From Candidatus Sumerlaeaceae bacterium (GTDB taxonomy: Bacteria > Sumerlaeota > Sumerlaeia > Sumerlaeales > Sumerlaeaceae): a stretch of 64,000 nucleotides of DNA. The stretch spans positions 107,813 through 171,812 of the forward strand of contig JBMFRB010000007.1 in the NCBI GenBank assembly GCA_049968255.1, read 5' to 3'. Positions 61,459 to 64,000 of the stretch are shown in pieces. The position numbers and the translations under genes were made by a program. The notes below the pieces were generated by a model that saw only the letters and a list, made by a program, of their open reading frames with translations, had not been told where the DNA came from and did not search any database. Numbering within the stretch: position 1 is the stretch's first letter; each line of letters begins with the position of its first letter.

Positions 61459-61504
61459 TTGACTCAGCGGGTGGACCTGCTATAGCCGCATTGAAACGGT
61501 CTAC
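61459..61504 (+). promoter_or_regulatory. Candidate sigma70 promoter with an operator overlapping the predicted start site
   Basis: TTGACT-16 nt-TATAGC with a TGn extension. TTGAAACGGTCTAC (61491-61504) matches the 62579-62592 palindrome at 10/14. Confidence 0.5.
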
Positions 61505-61760
61505 GCACGCGCAATTTTCTCTATGCACTTTGCGAAAACAGAGTCGAGGAAGACAGGAAAACGTGCTGGGACGAACATACAGCTCCCGTGGGACGCCGCC
61601 GACAGAAGGAAATTGCTACTACGGACGCAATAAAGAGGTAGGACAAAAATGCGGTGTGCGTGATTAGGAGGACGAGGCAATGCATTCGTTGAGAGAGAGC
61701 AGTTGCGATAAAGTTGGTCATTGCGAGGGAGTGTGGCAAAACCGTCGTTCGGCGCCAGGG

Positions 61761-61812
61761 GTTTTATCATGGGTGTTGTAAAAAATTTTGCTCGCTCGTT
61801 GGAACGATTCAA
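61761..61812 (+). promoter_or_regulatory. Regulatory cassette copy 1 with LacI-type palindrome
   Basis: GTTTTATCA...TTGTAAAAAATT...TTGGAACGATTCAA (61799-61812). Confidence 0.55.
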
Positions 61813-61925
61813 CTGGCGTGTCTGTTGTAGGCTGTCATGTTGAGGACCTCGTTAGTGAAATGGCGGCAAAGAAAGCATCAACAAAACTAACACTCAGAAA
61901 CGCTGACCGAAAGGAGGTGAATTAG

Positions 61926-62546
61926 GTGATGAAGAAGGCTTTCACGCTCATAGAGCTGCTGATCGTGGTGGCAATCATTGCGATTCTCGCGGCGATTGCG
62001 GTGCCCAATTTCCTTGAAGCGCAGACACGTGCGAAGGTGTCGCGGTGCAAGACCGATATGCGTTCGCTGGCGACAGCGATCGAATCATATTACGTAGATA
62101 ACAACCGCTACCCCGACGCCTACCGTGCGCACGACACAAATAATTTTAATAACCGGTTGATGCAAGTGACGTCCCCTGTGTCCTATATCACCTCGCTGCC
62201 TGTCGATCCGTTTGCGAGCCGGCGCACAGTGTTCCCATACACGCCAAACAGCACGTATCAGTACGTTGATCGTAAGACGGCCGTGTTTTTTGAGGGCGCA
62301 CCACGCAGCTTTGGGAACTTCCAACAATCCGCGCATTACGACAGCTATTTCGAGTCGGGGACGGCGACGGCGTGGAGCATGTATTCGCCGGGGCCAGATT
62401 ACAATCGGGATCCGTTTGGTGGGCCAGCTCCCTACGGCTCGCCTGTGATGCCGCCGCGTAAGCGTGTTTTGGAGTCGTACGATCCAACAAATGGCACAGT
62501 AAGTCCCGGAGCCGTATGGCGGACGAACGTGGTGACAGGCAGCTAA
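61926..62546 (+). CDS. Type IV pilin/pseudopilin-like protein 1 (prepilin N-methylation domain)
   Basis: SD AAGGAGGTGA, KKA|FTLIELLIVVAIIAILAAIAVPNF, C-terminal WSMYSPGP...YDPTNGTVSPG. Confidence 0.9.
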   Translation: MMKKAFTLIELLIVVAIIAILAAIAVPNFLEAQTRAKVSRCKTDMRSLATAIESYYVDNNRYPDAYRAHDTNNFNNRLMQVTSPVSYITSLPVDPFASRRTVFPYTPNSTYQYVDRKTAVFFEGAPRSFGNFQQSAHYDSYFESGTATAWSMYSPGPDYNRDPFGGPAPYGSPVMPPRKRVLESYDPTNGTVSPGAVWRTNVVTGS

Positions 62547-62551
62547 GCCTT

Positions 62552-62592
62552 GTTTTATCAGTTCTTTGCAAAAATTGTTTGGAACGGTTCAA
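62552..62592 (+). promoter_or_regulatory. Regulatory cassette copy 2 with LacI-type palindrome
   Basis: GTTTTATCA...TTGCAAAAATT...TTGGAACGGTTCAA (62579-62592), 13/14 identical to copy 1. Confidence 0.55.
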
Positions 62593-62732
62593 TTTCTTCT
62601 TGACGAACCATAAATAGCCGTGCCAAGCAGCAGAGGAAAAATCGAAGAAGTCTCGCCTGCCAGGGGTGACCGCGGCACAGCCAGGGGGCGAGACAGTTCG
62701 AGAAATAATGAACGAAAGGAGCACGCAGTGCT

Positions 62733-63404
62733 ATGAAACACAATCGAGCGTTCACGCTCATCGAACTCCTGATTGTGGTCGCGATTATCGCGATTCTGGC
62801 GGCGATCGCGGTGCCAAACTTCCTCGAAGCGCAAACGCGTTCGAAGGTTTCGCGTTGTGCGGCTGACATGCGCAGCATGCGGACAGCACTCGAGGCCTAC
62901 GCAGTAGACAATAACCAATATCCGGAGACAGATATCGGTCCCCAAGCCATCAACGGCGGTGACGTGAGCCAATCCATCCTTCGCCTGACAACACCGACGG
63001 CCTACATCACATCAATTCCCAAGTCGCCGTTCAAAGAGGAGGCGATGGGGAATCCAGGCTCTCCGAAGTATTCGAACCTGCTGAAGACGTACCTGTACGT
63101 TCGGGCGAAACCAATCTATCTGGCAAGCGGAACCGTGCTCGGGCTGACGCCGGATAATTCGCCTACTGATGGTTTCGACGACAACTATGAGCAGGACCGT
63201 ATCCGCTATATCGCGCAGAATGCGAGCCTGATCGTCAATGTCCAGGAGCGAATCAAAGGGGCGTGGGAACTCAAGAGCGTAGGACCGAACAACGTGGATG
63301 ACTTCAACACGATCGGTGCCAATGCCCGTCGCTATGACCCCACGAATGGGACAATTTCGGCGGGCGATGTTGTGGTCTTTAGTGACATTACCGACACGAA
63401 GTAA
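62733..63404 (+). CDS. Type IV pilin/pseudopilin-like protein 2
   Basis: SD AAGGAG, NRA|FTLIELLIVVAIIAILAAIAVPNF, C-terminal WELKSVGP...YDPTNGTISAG. Confidence 0.9.
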   Translation: MKHNRAFTLIELLIVVAIIAILAAIAVPNFLEAQTRSKVSRCAADMRSMRTALEAYAVDNNQYPETDIGPQAINGGDVSQSILRLTTPTAYITSIPKSPFKEEAMGNPGSPKYSNLLKTYLYVRAKPIYLASGTVLGLTPDNSPTDGFDDNYEQDRIRYIAQNASLIVNVQERIKGAWELKSVGPNNVDDFNTIGANARRYDPTNGTISAGDVVVFSDITDTK

Positions 63405-63633
63405 CAATGAGGTCGAGTATGACTGCGCGAATTTGGCATGAGGAAGGGAGGTGGGAGCGACGGTAAGTCTTCCGTCGGGACGCGGGTGAGGCGTAGATGC
63501 CTTGGCGCAGGAAGCGCGGCAAGGGGTTTGAGAAGAGCATGGTTCGGCGCAAGCCCCTCGCTGAAAAGATCCCGGAGCATTCACAGCGATGTGAGTGTGG
63601 AGCAACATTTTTCACAAATAAGGAGACAGAGCA

Positions 63634-64000
63634 ATGCAAACGATGAAACTCACCCTCACCGTCGCAGCAATTGCGTCGGTGGCAGCACTTGCCACGGCAC
63701 AACCGTGGCCAAACAACTACGCGATGGGCGAGGCTCCCGTGTTTAACCCCGCATGGACCTCCAATGCGCCGGCGTACCTCATGACAAATCTCGGCGGCAA
63801 CGTCTATGGGATCGACATCACGGCGCCGGGAGTTGGCTCAGGCCCATATAACCGATTCCAGTGGAAGGTCACCGACGGAACGTGGTCGAACAGCGCGCCC
63901 TCTAACACCGATGGGAATGCATACGGGCGAGCGACAACAACCGGTACAGTCGTCAGCTTGCGGTGCGACTTCAACGCGCAAAACGATGGATTCATCCCGG
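63634..64000 (+). CDS. Secreted protein, 3' partial; N-terminal beta-rich module reminiscent of pullulanase X25/SusE-like carbohydrate-binding domains
   Basis: Absent from the ORF track because there is no stop in the window. SD AAGGAG, signal MQTMKLTLTVAAIASVAALATA, then W...MTNLGGNVYGIDIT...FQWKVTDGTWSNSAP. Confidence 0.7.
   Translation, partial: MQTMKLTLTVAAIASVAALATAQPWPNNYAMGEAPVFNPAWTSNAPAYLMTNLGGNVYGIDITAPGVGSGPYNRFQWKVTDGTWSNSAPSNTDGNAYGRATTTGTVVSLRCDFNAQNDGFIP

Noticed and set aside
61680-61781. 33-aa ORF with AGGAGG SD in the pilin leader (MHSLRESSCDKVGHCEG...)
   Set aside because: No recognisable features, and it overlaps the regulatory cassette. It cannot be distinguished from chance in a purine-rich stretch.
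1-64000. CRISPR array, IS element, integrase or prophage
   Set aside because: No regularly spaced repeats and no transposase, integrase or phage motifs in the ORF track.

Overview
64-kb bacterial chromosomal segment with no CRISPR array, tRNA/rRNA or mobile element that I can support. The A|FTLIELL...PNFLEAQ.R.KVSR...YDPTNGT pilin family suggests a Sumerlaeota/BRC1-like organism (inference). In order it contains: a partial radical SAM fusion; holB; a CymR-cysK-sulfonate/nitrate-type ABC locus with two near-identical operator-like sites; an envelope glycosylation run (YfhO-like, Maf, a catalytically degenerate MraY/WecA homologue, GT2, GT4, NUDIX, map); a tuf-S10-spc cluster (no str genes, no adk, no alpha genes) with a foreign 69-aa ORF between rpsC and rplP and several extended r-proteins; a secreted polysaccharide lyase, cobA-hemD, GH84, ubiX, a triply frameshifted O-methyltransferase, pdp, aroQ, anmK and surE; an alternative complex III + caa3 oxidase operon carrying three in-frame TAA stops, one frameshift and substitutions at conserved oxidase residues (apparent decay of aerobic respiration); a metal ABC transporter with a NikR-like site; and two tandem type IV pilin-like genes, each preceded by a copy of a LacI-type operator cassette, followed by a secreted protein that runs off the window end. 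All calls rest on manual motif recognition; no searches were run.
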